From sequence record MN850601.1: DNA of 64,000 nucleotides. One strand, given 5' to 3'. Numbering within the stretch: the stretch's first letter is position 1; each line of letters begins with the position of its first letter. Source of the stretch: Escherichia phage inny. Below the pieces are notes generated by a model. It did not search any database. It had not been told where the DNA came from and saw only the letters and a program-made list of their open reading frames with translations. The position numbers and the translations under genes are program-made. This document shows positions 29,994-39,182 of this stretch, piece after piece.

Positions 29994-30557
29994 TTAAATA
30001 ATTTTATTCATGTCTTGACAATGTAAAAGGTGTGAAACAGCTTTTCTAGGATCATCATTACCTAAACGGTAGGTGTGAAATAAATATAACCCACGTAATA
30101 AACCTAGCCTTTTGTTGTTAGCATGTAATGCTTTAGAGAAAATTATATCAAACTGTATTGACCTTTCCTCAAAAGGGATTTCATTCCACAGACTCTTACG
30201 AAAGAGAAGAAAGAATCCTGCTAAGATAGCATCTGTAGGTACTTCCTCTATTGAGTTTCCCCATTCTAGATGTGCTCTTTTTGCAATCTCAATGTGGTGT
30301 AATATATTCGGATCTTCACTTCTTTCATTATTAAATAATTGATATGTTGATCCCAATCTGTTACAAGATGCACCAAGAACATCAAAATCAGGATTTGAAC
30401 GGACAATTGATTCCAGCCAAGCAGGTTGTTCTGGAAGAAGAAACATTGTATCAATGTCTCTTAGGCAAATCCAACTATCTTCTGGTAAGACACTTATTGT
30501 GTCATTGATACCTTTTCCAATATCTCCAGAAAGATAGGGAGTTATGTGAAATATCAT
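29994..30557 (-). CDS. putative glycosyltransferase-like protein (GT-A-like N-terminus)
   Basis: 187 aa; N-terminal GDIGKGINDTISVLPEDSWICLRDIDTMF resembles GT-A nucleotide-sugar binding start. Confidence 0.35.
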   Translation of the reverse strand: MIFHITPYLSGDIGKGINDTISVLPEDSWICLRDIDTMFLLPEQPAWLESIVRSNPDFDVLGASCNRLGSTYQLFNNERSEDPNILHHIEIAKRAHLEWGNSIEEVPTDAILAGFFLLFRKSLWNEIPFEERSIQFDIIFSKALHANNKRLGLLRGLYLFHTYRLGNDDPRKAVSHLLHCQDMNKII

Positions 30558-30614
30558 ACTCCCTCCGTATTATTACTTTAGCATTTTTAGACTAAAAAGT
30601 CCAAATGGTTTTAC

Positions 30615-30809
30615 CTATTGATTACGTTTTGCGAGTTCCATTTGGATAGCTAAACTGTGATCTCGTGCTTCCATATACTCTTTATATGTTTCATTAAGAT
30701 GATCACAACAAACATCACGCAGTTTAATCAGTTTATCTGTAGGGATACCACTAAGATCATCCCAAGATTTTACAACTTCACCAGTATCATTGATCCCAAT
30801 GGTTTTCAT
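30615..30809 (-). CDS. hypothetical protein
   Basis: 64 aa; AAGGAGG RBS. Confidence 0.35.
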   Translation of the reverse strand: MKTIGINDTGEVVKSWDDLSGIPTDKLIKLRDVCCDHLNETYKEYMEARDHSLAIQMELAKRNQ

Positions 30810-31017
30810 CTACAACCTCCTTAATTGCTACAGCACAGTTTTTGCAGATACACTGCCCTTTACCTTTAGAAATCTGAATGTAAGGTTCATTTTCATTTTC
30901 GCCCTTACGTGAGTCATATATTACAGTATTGAAGCACACAACGCAAATATTTTTTAAGATTGTATACTTATCAACTTTCTTTTTTGTTTTAAAGTTAACT
31001 TCAATAACATCAGCCAT
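30787..31017 (-). CDS. small Cys-rich zinc-ribbon-like protein (start at internal ATG)
   Basis: CVVCFNTV ... CICKNC paired CxxC motifs; TGATG stop/start overlap with upstream gene. Confidence 0.35.
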   Translation of the reverse strand: MADVIEVNFKTKKKVDKYTILKNICVVCFNTVIYDSRKGENENEPYIQISKGKGQCICKNCAVAIKEVVDENHWDQ

Positions 31018-31295
31018 CAGTGTAACACTCCCAGTATGTTGCTTTGTGACATAACCATAGAACATTCAACATTATCGTGACTACGTGAAAAACGTTCCCA
31101 AACCTCTTCATCGACTCGTAAAGCTATACAAGGATAGACGTTATCATTGATCATTTCAATTGAATAAACATCCATATTGTCTTCGTCTTCGATGAACATC
31201 ATTGCAAACTGTTCTAAATGTTTCCTAATGTAATGTACATCCTCTTCTGTAAGACCAATAACAAGATAACTTGCAACGATAACGCCATCTTTCAT
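31017..31295 (-). CDS. hypothetical protein
   Basis: 92 aa; AAGGAG RBS. Confidence 0.35.
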   Translation of the reverse strand: MKDGVIVASYLVIGLTEEDVHYIRKHLEQFAMMFIEDEDNMDVYSIEMINDNVYPCIALRVDEEVWERFSRSHDNVECSMVMSQSNILGVLH

Positions 31296-31305
31296 CTATA
31301 TCTCC

Positions 31306-31815
31306 TTAGCGATAAAATTGATGTTCTTTGTAGCGGTACACTAGAACCATATCTTTTTCCCAGTGTGCTCTTATTGTAGATTTTTTAAAGTATAATGCTC
31401 CTTTTGTAATATCTAATGCAATTCGTAATTCTGGAAAATGCGTATCGAGATAAAGTAGACGTTCTGCTATAGCCTTAGCTTCCTTCCACTTATCACGTTC
31501 CATAACGTTGAATGTCTTTGTGTAAGAGAATTGTCCTTTTTGAAACAAAACTTCTTTTATAGTATCAGGGAAATATGAATCTCTAGCCCTATTCAATACT
31601 ACATTACCAACAGCAGACATACCGCGCTTTCCTTGATTACGACTTTCTGCATAGATTGCACAAGCTAATAGATTTTCTTTACTATCACGCTTTGTACACT
31701 TGTGAACTACTTTAGCAGTTTTTACGTTTGCAGCTTCGGCTTGCGCCACAACAGGTGTAAATGTAAAAGCAGTTAAGGATAGTAACGCAATTGCGACAAA
31801 GGTTTTTATTGACAA
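31306..31815 (-). CDS. secreted cell-wall hydrolase, SleB/Hydrolase_2 family
   Basis: TTG start after AGGAGG; signal peptide ending VVAQA; core CAIYAESRNQGKRGMSAVGNVVLNRARDSYFPDTIKEVLFQKGQFSY. Confidence 0.65.
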   Translation of the reverse strand: MSIKTFVAIALLSLTAFTFTPVVAQAEAANVKTAKVVHKCTKRDSKENLLACAIYAESRNQGKRGMSAVGNVVLNRARDSYFPDTIKEVLFQKGQFSYTKTFNVMERDKWKEAKAIAERLLYLDTHFPELRIALDITKGALYFKKSTIRAHWEKDMVLVYRYKEHQFYR

Positions 31816-31848
31816 ACTTGCCTCCTATTTTGTTAAACGAACTTTTAT

Positions 31849-31876
31849 TGTAACACAGAAGAGGCTGTTTTGCAAG
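31849..31876 (-). promoter_or_regulatory. candidate sigma70-like promoter for SleB-like gene
   Basis: Minus-strand TTGCAA, 16-nt spacer, TACAAT, about 35 nt upstream of start codon. Confidence 0.4.
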
Positions 31877-31878
31877 TG

Positions 31879-31898
31879 GAGGGGGGATAATCCCCCTC
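31879..31898 (-). terminator. GC-rich hairpin (terminator candidate, no clear U-tract)
   Basis: GAGGGGG-GATAAT-CCCCCTC inverted repeat just downstream of gene 31909..32511. Confidence 0.4.
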
Positions 31899-31908
31899 TT
31901 AGACTCTG

Positions 31909-32511
31909 TTAGATATTGTAAACCTTTGTATGAGTTACTACACCATCTTCTACAAAATCAATACGTTCTTGATCCGTAACTAGTGCAGACAACACTTTAA
32001 ATTTAATTTTTACACGTTCAAAAGCTGGTTGACCATCTTTAAGATAATTATGTTCGGTTGTCACTGTCTTGTTTACAAAATCAACTTTCGCTTTACCGTT
32101 TTCGCGCAAGTGGAATGTTTTTCCTGCTTTATACACAATTTCAACATTACCTTCGAGAGTAATTCCTTCAAAAAGTTCACCCTCTTCTTCATTTTCTTCA
32201 CTTTTGAACAGACGACGAAACTCTTCCATATCAAGATAAACAACATCTTCAGAATAACTATCAGTAAGGTATGTCTTACCATCCATTAACCCGAAATATT
32301 GCCAGATCGCAGAATAAACATCACTAGTTGATCCAAGGGTTTCTCTGAGTTTAGTTCCACGGATTACTTCATAAACTTCAAAATTGAAACCAGACTGCAA
32401 AGCATCAAACAGTACATCACTAACTTCTACAGCATAATCTTGATTGTTGTCAACATCCACAAGAAAATTGCCGCTACGAATAAGTTTTTGACCTTCTAAA
32501 GTAATACCCAT
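31909..32511 (-). CDS. hypothetical protein
   Basis: 200 aa; AGAGGAG RBS; no TerD signature recognised. Confidence 0.45.
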   Translation of the reverse strand: MGITLEGQKLIRSGNFLVDVDNNQDYAVEVSDVLFDALQSGFNFEVYEVIRGTKLRETLGSTSDVYSAIWQYFGLMDGKTYLTDSYSEDVVYLDMEEFRRLFKSEENEEEGELFEGITLEGNVEIVYKAGKTFHLRENGKAKVDFVNKTVTTEHNYLKDGQPAFERVKIKFKVLSALVTDQERIDFVEDGVVTHTKVYNI

Positions 32512-32536
32512 TGTTTTCTCCTCTTTTATTTAAAAT

Positions 32537-32556
32537 ATGCGCCCCGAAGGGCGCTA
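32537..32556 (-). terminator. hairpin terminator downstream of TerD gene
   Basis: GCGCCC-CGAA-GGGCGC hairpin; minus strand followed by ATATTTTAAAT. Confidence 0.45.
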
Positions 32557-32563
32557 TGATTTA

Positions 32564-33160
32564 TTACTCGAACCAATCGTCGCCAGCGCCAAACGCTTTA
32601 ACTACATCGTAAATGTCAAGCCCAGCTTTACCCACACCATACGCTTTCAGTTTCCATTCGCTATCTTCTCGCACCAGGGAGGCAACGTGGCAAATGGTAT
32701 TACCTGCAAGTTCTGGAGCTAAGAAATCAAAATCCAGCAGTTCAACGTTACGTTCATCATCGAAGATTTTAAGGAAACCTTCGGTAGCGTGACCAAGGCG
32801 TTTTTTACCCGTTTCGTCATCAATAGTAATTACGAATGCAATTTCCTGTGCTTCAGCAGAGATATTATCCAGCGTAACATCAATCTGCTCCATCTGTCCT
32901 ACACCGTCACGAACATCTTCACCTGCAAAAGTAGAACGTTCAGGATCAAATTTCTGTGCGTAGCATACCAGGTGGCGAGGAGACAACAGTTCCGGCAGAC
33001 CAGATGCATTGTGTCGGCAAATCAGAGCACTAACATCCAGATCCAGTTTTTCGTTAGATTTCCAAGAGAATTCCAGACGAATGCGTTTCAGTGCTGGTGC
33101 AATCTTTTTCAGAGAAACTTTTTCGCTAGAACCTTTTTTCAGGGAAATTTTCTGAGTCAT
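32564..33160 (-). CDS. terD: TerD-family protein (tellurium-resistance TerD/TerE/TerZ-like)
   Basis: 198 aa; ISLKKGSSEKVSLKK, LDLDVSALI, ITIDD and C-terminal EWKLKAYGVGKAGLDIY closely follow the TerD pattern. Confidence 0.8.
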   Translation of the reverse strand: MTQKISLKKGSSEKVSLKKIAPALKRIRLEFSWKSNEKLDLDVSALICRHNASGLPELLSPRHLVCYAQKFDPERSTFAGEDVRDGVGQMEQIDVTLDNISAEAQEIAFVITIDDETGKKRLGHATEGFLKIFDDERNVELLDFDFLAPELAGNTICHVASLVREDSEWKLKAYGVGKAGLDIYDVVKAFGAGDDWFE

Positions 33161-33232
33161 AATTTATTATCTCCTTTGTTGTTAATTTACGTTGTCTATT
33201 TTACTAATCTTTTCTACAAAGTCAAGCGTTTT

Positions 33233-34027
33233 TTACGCTTTTGCTCCAAATTTTTTAACCCACTCGCCAAACTCTTCGGATAGCAGTTTATCGTAAAGTT
33301 CTTCGTCAGACAAGGACAAATCTGCAATACCGATAAAATCAACATTATCGTATTCTTTTGCCAAGTCTTTCAGGAATTTAAAGTTTGCATTACCTACACC
33401 AACCATAAACCAGTAAACAGGAGTGTTGCGGTGTTTGTTCAGCAAACTACGTACTGCTGAAGTATCCATGTTCTCCCCGTCAGTTTGGAAGAAAATCATT
33501 GCAGGAGTACGATCAACTTGTGCATCAGTATCTACAACCTGTTCTACAACAGTACGTGTAACTTCTACACGTTCTTTTTTACCAGTTAGTTTAGCAAGGA
33601 AGCCCTTAGCCGGAACTTCTTCATACTCAACGACTTCGCGTGTAATATTTTTCATAGGTACACTACCGAAGTATGTATCATAGATCTCTTGCATTACTGG
33701 AGCATAAGCTGTACCACCATTGATGCAAACATTAGACATACAAGAGCCGACATAATCATCATATACATCAGCCGTTGCAGGAGGCAGTTCAAAAGAAGAA
33801 CTATTGAAAGCCCACATGTCAATCTGTGCATTATCATCAAACTTCATACCAAACGGCAGCAGCTTACCTACAAAATCACTGACAGTGCCATCACGATACA
33901 GCTCACACATACTACCCGAAATATCTAAGGCGCTACCTACACGAAGAACAACATCGTTAATCTTTTTCTTACGCAGGGATACAGTAAGAGTTTCTTGACG
34001 TTTTTTAAGACTGATTTTATTGGACAT
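33233..34027 (-). CDS. von Willebrand factor A domain protein (TerY-like)
   Basis: 264 aa; MIDAS motif ALDISGSM, later IFFQTDGEN; adjacent to TerD as in ter-type neighbourhoods. Confidence 0.7.
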   Translation of the reverse strand: MSNKISLKKRQETLTVSLRKKKINDVVLRVGSALDISGSMCELYRDGTVSDFVGKLLPFGMKFDDNAQIDMWAFNSSSFELPPATADVYDDYVGSCMSNVCINGGTAYAPVMQEIYDTYFGSVPMKNITREVVEYEEVPAKGFLAKLTGKKERVEVTRTVVEQVVDTDAQVDRTPAMIFFQTDGENMDTSAVRSLLNKHRNTPVYWFMVGVGNANFKFLKDLAKEYDNVDFIGIADLSLSDEELYDKLLSEEFGEWVKKFGAKA

Positions 34028-34028
34028 A

Positions 34029-34298
34029 TTATTTCTCCTTTCTGACTGTAATGTTAGTAACTTCTAAATCCACTTCTACCACTTCTGTATCATATAAAAT
34101 ACAGTTAAGTTGACCTCTTTGTGAACCGTTCAGACACATTGCTTGGTTTGTATTAACCTTAATAAACACTAAGTTTCTGAACGTATCTAAACCAGCATCT
34201 TGATAGGCAACATAATATACGAATGTATCACCTGTGTCAAGTTCTCCAAAACATTTAGGTTCATCTGATTTGTCGTCTTTGATATTAAATTTAAGCAC
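34029..34298 (-). CDS. hypothetical protein
   Basis: 89 aa; GTG start after AAGGAG, 8-nt overlap with upstream gene. Confidence 0.35.
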   Translation of the reverse strand: MLKFNIKDDKSDEPKCFGELDTGDTFVYYVAYQDAGLDTFRNLVFIKVNTNQAMCLNGSQRGQLNCILYDTEVVEVDLEVTNITVRKEK

Positions 34299-34854
34299 TG
34301 TCTTCTCCTTTACCTGCTCTCAAGCCTAAATAGAAAGCCTCTCTGGTGATCTTTTGCAACTCGTTTAAAGAGATAGTTACAACTAAATCATCTTCAATTT
34401 CTAGCTTTGAGTCTTCTTCTGTCTCAATGCAAGTATTATGCACTTTGTGGTAAGGATTGTCAACACGTTTAAATTTATTATTTTCAGTGCTGAAGAAGCA
34501 ATCTGGATCTTCTTCCCCATCACCCCAACCCTGGTTAGGATCTTCTTCAGATCTTTCTGTTGGGATCTCGCCTGTAAAGTGCTCTTCTAATACCAGAGCA
34601 ATCCCATCTCCAAGATCGGAAGAGAACATCAAATTACAAACTTCTTCCCAAGGCATAGACCACTTAAATCTTTTACGATTGCCATGTTTATCTTCTTCGT
34701 TAGAGAAAACACTACCATAGCTATCATAATTCCCATACATCTCTTCGACAACCTTACCACCTTTCAAAAGAAATAGGTAGCAAGGAGAGCCATCGAAAGA
34801 GGTAGAAAGAGCAGCATTACCAGACTCTTTGCACAAGAAACTAAAACACCCCAT
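34291..34854 (-). CDS. hypothetical acidic protein
   Basis: 187 aa; TAATG coupling with upstream gene. Confidence 0.4.
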   Translation of the reverse strand: MGCFSFLCKESGNAALSTSFDGSPCYLFLLKGGKVVEEMYGNYDSYGSVFSNEEDKHGNRKRFKWSMPWEEVCNLMFSSDLGDGIALVLEEHFTGEIPTERSEEDPNQGWGDGEEDPDCFFSTENNKFKRVDNPYHKVHNTCIETEEDSKLEIEDDLVVTISLNELQKITREAFYLGLRAGKGEDSA

Positions 34855-35054
34855 TATACACCAGCCTTAAGATCAATTAAAGCCAAAGTTGTTTCAGAGT
34901 GTGTTTGCTCGTCTACAGGTGCAGTCATATGATAATACAAAAAATCTTCGGCATCATACCAATCTGATTCTTGACCTTGTTTCCAACCATCAATGAAAGC
35001 ATCTTCCATAATGGTTTGCAATTCTTCACGAGTTAAGTGAATATCTTTACTCAT
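34854..35054 (-). CDS. hypothetical protein
   Basis: 66 aa; TAATG coupling. Confidence 0.35.
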   Translation of the reverse strand: MSKDIHLTREELQTIMEDAFIDGWKQGQESDWYDAEDFLYYHMTAPVDEQTHSETTLALIDLKAGV

Positions 35055-35260
35055 TACACATTTTCCTCTTTTACCAATTCCATTGTTGAATTGTCAAAAC
35101 CATCTTTAGAAGAATAGGTATAGACAGCACGTAGTTCTCGCAGGACAGTGAATACATTAGGATCATCTAACCAAGCATCCTGGAGGAGAACATAACGATC
35201 TTCATTGTCATACTGGACAGCAATCATAGAGCCAGACAGTTTGTAAATTTTAATATTCAT
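35054..35260 (-). CDS. hypothetical protein (start at internal ATG after AAGGAG)
   Basis: ORF 35054..35287 overlaps TelA-like gene; ATG at 35260 has AAGGAG RBS just after TelA stop. Confidence 0.35.
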   Translation of the reverse strand: MNIKIYKLSGSMIAVQYDNEDRYVLLQDAWLDDPNVFTVLRELRAVYTYSSKDGFDNSTMELVKEENV

Positions 35261-35273
35261 AATATATTTCTCC

Positions 35274-36377
35274 TTAAAGTAGACCACGTTTAACAGTTTG
35301 AATCATACCATCTTCAAGAGATTGCACTTCTTGAATGTAATCAATACGAGCAGCACGGGCTTCAGTGTTGATTCGGTTAGTTTCTTCCAACATTTTAACT
35401 AAGTTTTCTTGATCACGACGCAATGTTTCAATATCCAATACTTGACGATTAGCAAGTTGTGTAGCTTCAATCTGGTTTTGTGCAGCCAGATCACTACCCA
35501 TTGCAATAGCAGCATTAAATTCATTCAGTACGTTGTTCTGTGTATCGGCTGCTTTCTTCTGGCGCAGACTTTCAATATACATAGAAAAGTTTGCAGAGTA
35601 AGCAGGAATAACATTGTTCACAATATTACGGGCTGATCGCATCAAACTTGCAGATACTTTCTGCATACTTTGTACACGTGGCCCCATCTGAACGCACAGT
35701 AAGCGTAAGGCTTTCAGGTCTGCAATACGAATTTCAAGCAGATCCATAGTGTCACGAGTACGTTGACGCTCTTCTACTTCATTTTCAGGTAGTGTATTAA
35801 GGCGAACTTCTTCTTTTTCATAAGTAGCTGTTAGAAGCTCTATATCCCTGTTTAAGCTAAGAGCATATTTTGCAATAGCCTCCTCTAAACGTTGCAGATA
35901 TCGTAAAGAATCTTCTTCTTTTTTCAAGTCTGTTTGGAGTGTCTTTACCAAACCCTCAATACGATTATTGATGGTGTCAAATTCTCCAAACAAATCTTCT
36001 TTCATACCTAATACTTTCTTAACTAACTTACCTAAACCTTTAGATTGTTTAATAGAATTAGGATCAAGTTGCTTTGCTTGCTTAATAAGTGCAGTTAAAC
36101 GTTCACTCATTTCATCTCCCTGAGATGAACGCTGGTGTTTAAGCACTTCAGCATTAAGGTTACGAAGAGTAAGTCCTGCATCAGCACCAACTTGTTCAAT
36201 CTCTTCACGAGACATTGGAGGCAGCATTTGTACAGGTCGTGCAACAGCAGGGGCATATACAGGACTTGCATCCATAGCACTTGGAGCAAACAAAGACTTA
36301 CTTTTTTCTGTTGTTGCCGTGAATACACTCATTTCAGACGGTTTGCTTTTTACGGCACTGATAAAAGGACTGGACAT
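35274..36377 (-). CDS. telA: TelA-like protein (toxic anion resistance / KlaA family)
   Basis: 367 aa mostly helical; LDPNSIKQSKGLGKLVKKVLG...FDTINNRIEGL matches TelA layout as recalled; sits in the Ter cluster. Confidence 0.55.
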   Translation of the reverse strand: MSSPFISAVKSKPSEMSVFTATTEKSKSLFAPSAMDASPVYAPAVARPVQMLPPMSREEIEQVGADAGLTLRNLNAEVLKHQRSSQGDEMSERLTALIKQAKQLDPNSIKQSKGLGKLVKKVLGMKEDLFGEFDTINNRIEGLVKTLQTDLKKEEDSLRYLQRLEEAIAKYALSLNRDIELLTATYEKEEVRLNTLPENEVEERQRTRDTMDLLEIRIADLKALRLLCVQMGPRVQSMQKVSASLMRSARNIVNNVIPAYSANFSMYIESLRQKKAADTQNNVLNEFNAAIAMGSDLAAQNQIEATQLANRQVLDIETLRRDQENLVKMLEETNRINTEARAARIDYIQEVQSLEDGMIQTVKRGLL

Positions 36378-36445
36378 TCAATTTCCTCCATATTCTTTAG
36401 TAGATGGTGATACCTCTGTACCACCATCATAACACAAATTAAGTA

Positions 36446-37297
36446 TTAAACAAACATATCTAAATAATTTGTAGTAATAAATGCTCCATCTGCTTCCAGA
36501 TTAACATAACCAGTAGCATTAGTGGTTAAGAAATCCAGATCGAAGGACTCTTTAACACCCCGTACCTCAACACGAGAGATATCGAATACAGGTAGTGTAA
36601 CAGCCTCTTCGTGCAATACCGTACCTTTGTAGGTTGCCTTAATGATAAACTTGATATTACCCGTTCCAGCATCATACAAAACACTTTCAAACCCTTTGAG
36701 AGTATATTTATCACCAGAAGTGAAGTGCAAAGTTGCTTTGTTTACAGTACGTTTTTTACGAGGAGTTCCTTTCACACGTTTATGATCACTACGTTTTTTG
36801 TATTTAGGAATGAATACAAACGATACACTCTCAAGAAAGGTATCAACATCAAGGATTTTAATATCCTCTGTTGCAGCAAATTTTGAAGTCGTTGCATCAA
36901 AATGCTTTTCCCTGCGATCATACATAAAGATATCAAACCGATCTTCTAAATCAAACAAATTATGTATTTTAATTTCAGAATGCTTGCGCATTGCAGCAAC
37001 CTTGAACTCTTCAAAACGTGGGTGTTCTACAAGTTCTTCAAGTTTTACACCAAAGACAGTATATTGCTTCGAAGTCTTTTCTGGTGTTGGCATTACAGAA
37101 GCATAATCACCGATTGCGCTCTTAAAGCAAAATTGTTCTTGACCTGTATTTTTACCAACGAATTTACAGTATTCGTCATTGTGCATACTTTCCTTAGTAG
37201 TACCAACAAACTCAAAACCATCTTTATTCTTCTCAAGGATTTCTTGATTAAAGATCCAACCTTCCAGGCGATATACTTTACCAACTTCTAGTTTCAT
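36446..37297 (-). CDS. hypothetical protein
   Basis: 283 aa; AAGGAG RBS. Confidence 0.45.
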   Translation of the reverse strand: MKLEVGKVYRLEGWIFNQEILEKNKDGFEFVGTTKESMHNDEYCKFVGKNTGQEQFCFKSAIGDYASVMPTPEKTSKQYTVFGVKLEELVEHPRFEEFKVAAMRKHSEIKIHNLFDLEDRFDIFMYDRREKHFDATTSKFAATEDIKILDVDTFLESVSFVFIPKYKKRSDHKRVKGTPRKKRTVNKATLHFTSGDKYTLKGFESVLYDAGTGNIKFIIKATYKGTVLHEEAVTLPVFDISRVEVRGVKESFDLDFLTTNATGYVNLEADGAFITTNYLDMFV

Positions 37298-37332
37298 CTG
37301 TTTCTCCTTCTTATTTAATCTGTATTAAATTA

Positions 37333-37923
37333 TTAACGACGACGTGAGCTACTAAAACTACGTTTCGACGAAGAATAACTTTTCGAAGACTTACTATAAG
37401 AGCTAATAGGGCTTGAGTAAGACTTACGAGCAGAGTAATCACTATTCACTTTTGTTGTTGACGGGCGTGAATACGTTTGTACACTTTGCTGCTTAATTGT
37501 GTTTTGTTTAGTGGTTGTATATTTATTTCCTTGTTTATCATAAAAACTATGCTTTTGTGTTGTATATGCTTTACTGTTAGTTGTAGGAGCAGCGTTGTTA
37601 TTAATAATTGTTGTACTGCTACCACCATCTCTATAACCGCCACCGCCACTATTACCACTCAACATATGACCAAGAAGCATACCTGTAGCAAACTCACCTA
37701 CACCAGAAGAACCACTGCCGCCTCCTTGCACAACAACTGTTGAAGGTTGTGCAGGTGCTGCTTGAACAACTTGAGGTGCAGGTTGATTTACATATTGTTC
37801 ATCTACCATCTGATTTGGTGTTTGTTGGTAACGTTGATTTTGTACATTTTCAGAATCATCACAACCTACCAGCAATGCACTACCTAATACAACTGCAACA
37901 ATAAAAGATTTAATGTTTTTCAT
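37333..37923 (-). CDS. lipoprotein with glycine-zipper segment (start at second ATG)
   Basis: Signal peptide with lipobox LLVGC; Gly-rich GGGSGSSGVGEFATGMLLGHMLSGNSGGGG; Ser/Gln-rich tail. Confidence 0.5.
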   Translation of the reverse strand: MKNIKSFIVAVVLGSALLVGCDDSENVQNQRYQQTPNQMVDEQYVNQPAPQVVQAAPAQPSTVVVQGGGSGSSGVGEFATGMLLGHMLSGNSGGGGYRDGGSSTTIINNNAAPTTNSKAYTTQKHSFYDKQGNKYTTTKQNTIKQQSVQTYSRPSTTKVNSDYSARKSYSSPISSYSKSSKSYSSSKRSFSSSRRR

Positions 37924-38116
37924 TTGTAACCCTCTCATTTAAAGTCTCAACACAATTTTTAAAATCCCTAGAGAAACAATACATCTGTTCTCCGTTCCTG
38001 TTGATAGTAATTGTATGGTTATCAATATATGTTGTCAAGATAAAAATCAAACAAAACAACCCTAGAGCAAAACAAATATTTTCAAACAGAATCCAAAGAA
38101 CACGTAAAACCACCAT
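37910..38116 (-). CDS. small hydrophobic protein
   Basis: 68 aa with one hydrophobic helix. Confidence 0.3.
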   Translation of the reverse strand: MVVLRVLWILFENICFALGLFCLIFILTTYIDNHTITINRNGEQMYCFSRDFKNCVETLNERVTNEKH

Positions 38117-38155
38117 CAGATCACCTCAACAAAGCCCCCGAAGTGGCTTAATGAA

Positions 38156-39133
38156 TTAAGCAACAGTCTGGTCTTCTTTTTCAGGGAAGATTAAACTTGC
38201 AATAACACCCAACCCAAGAGTACCTAACACAATATACATACTGATCGTCGGATCAATGTGTGCTGGCAGGAAACTCACTTTTGCGTGCAGAGTTTCTGCA
38301 AACGGATGATACATCAGTTTTACACCCACAAACACCAGGACTACGATAACTGCTTTCTCCAGATGAACCAAATACTTCAGTGCAACACTAAGAACAAAGA
38401 ACAGAGCACGTAAACCTAAGATTGCACAAAGCATCGAAGAGAACACCAGCAGAGGTTCTTGTGTCACTGCAATTACTGCTGGAACAGAGTCTACTGCAAA
38501 GATTACGTCTACCATTTCCATTACAAACACACAAACCAGAGCCGGAGTTGCTACACGAACACCATTTTTGATTGTGAAGAACTTCTCACCATCCATCTGA
38601 TCAGATACAGGGAACAGCTTACGAACAATACGAGTAGCCCAGTGTTTAGAGTAATCAATTTCTGCATCATTATCCCCAGCGAATACCATTTTAGCCGCAC
38701 AGAAAAGGATGACAGCACCGAAGAAGATATTAACATACCAGCCCAAACTCAACAAGTAAGTACCTACTGCTACAAACACACCTCGGAAGACAATTGCACC
38801 TGCAATACCCCAAAGTAGAATCTTGTGCTGCAAGTGTGTGCTTTTAATACCAAAACTTGCGAAGACTGCCACAAATACTACTAAGTTATCTACAGAAAGA
38901 GATTTCTCCAACACATAACCACTCAAGAACAAGCTCGCAAAATCAGCACCGTGTTGGAAGTATACAAAACCATAGTAGGCTAATGATACCCCAATCCAGA
39001 AAATTGACCAACCAATTGCAGATTTAAATGAGATCTCTTTGTTTTCTCTGTGTCCAAAGAAGTCAATACAAATCGACAAGACTAAAATACCCACTAAAAC
39101 AACCACATCAATAATTGGGAAACCCAGTTGCAT
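38156..39133 (-). CDS. terC: TerC-family integral membrane protein
   Basis: 325 aa polytopic; EKSLSVDNLVVFVAVF and later AVDSVPAVIAVT match TerC/Alx signatures. Confidence 0.8.
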   Translation of the reverse strand: MQLGFPIIDVVVLVGILVLSICIDFFGHRENKEISFKSAIGWSIFWIGVSLAYYGFVYFQHGADFASLFLSGYVLEKSLSVDNLVVFVAVFASFGIKSTHLQHKILLWGIAGAIVFRGVFVAVGTYLLSLGWYVNIFFGAVILFCAAKMVFAGDNDAEIDYSKHWATRIVRKLFPVSDQMDGEKFFTIKNGVRVATPALVCVFVMEMVDVIFAVDSVPAVIAVTQEPLLVFSSMLCAILGLRALFFVLSVALKYLVHLEKAVIVVLVFVGVKLMYHPFAETLHAKVSFLPAHIDPTISMYIVLGTLGLGVIASLIFPEKEDQTVA

Positions 39134-39151
39134 TCTTTTCTCCTCTTTAAT

Positions 39152-39170
39152 GCGGAGGACAATCCTCCGC
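39152..39170 (-). promoter_or_regulatory. 5' leader hairpin immediately upstream of terC RBS
   Basis: GCGGAGG-(5 nt)-CCTCCGC inverted repeat ends 5 nt before the AGAGGAG RBS of terC. Confidence 0.4.
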
Positions 39171-39182
39171 TCTATGTCTTAT

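Noticed and set aside
27381-30557. Confident assignment of the glycosyltransferases to DNA hypermodification
   Set aside because: No hydroxymethylase, base-modifying or nucleotide kinase genes are visible in this window; the target cannot be inferred from sequence alone.
31909-32511. A second TerD paralog immediately downstream of terD
   Set aside because: The 200-aa protein lacks the N-terminal SL(S/K)KG repeats, the DLD(A/V)SA and C-terminal WKF/GxGxxGGL-type motifs seen in 32564..33160.
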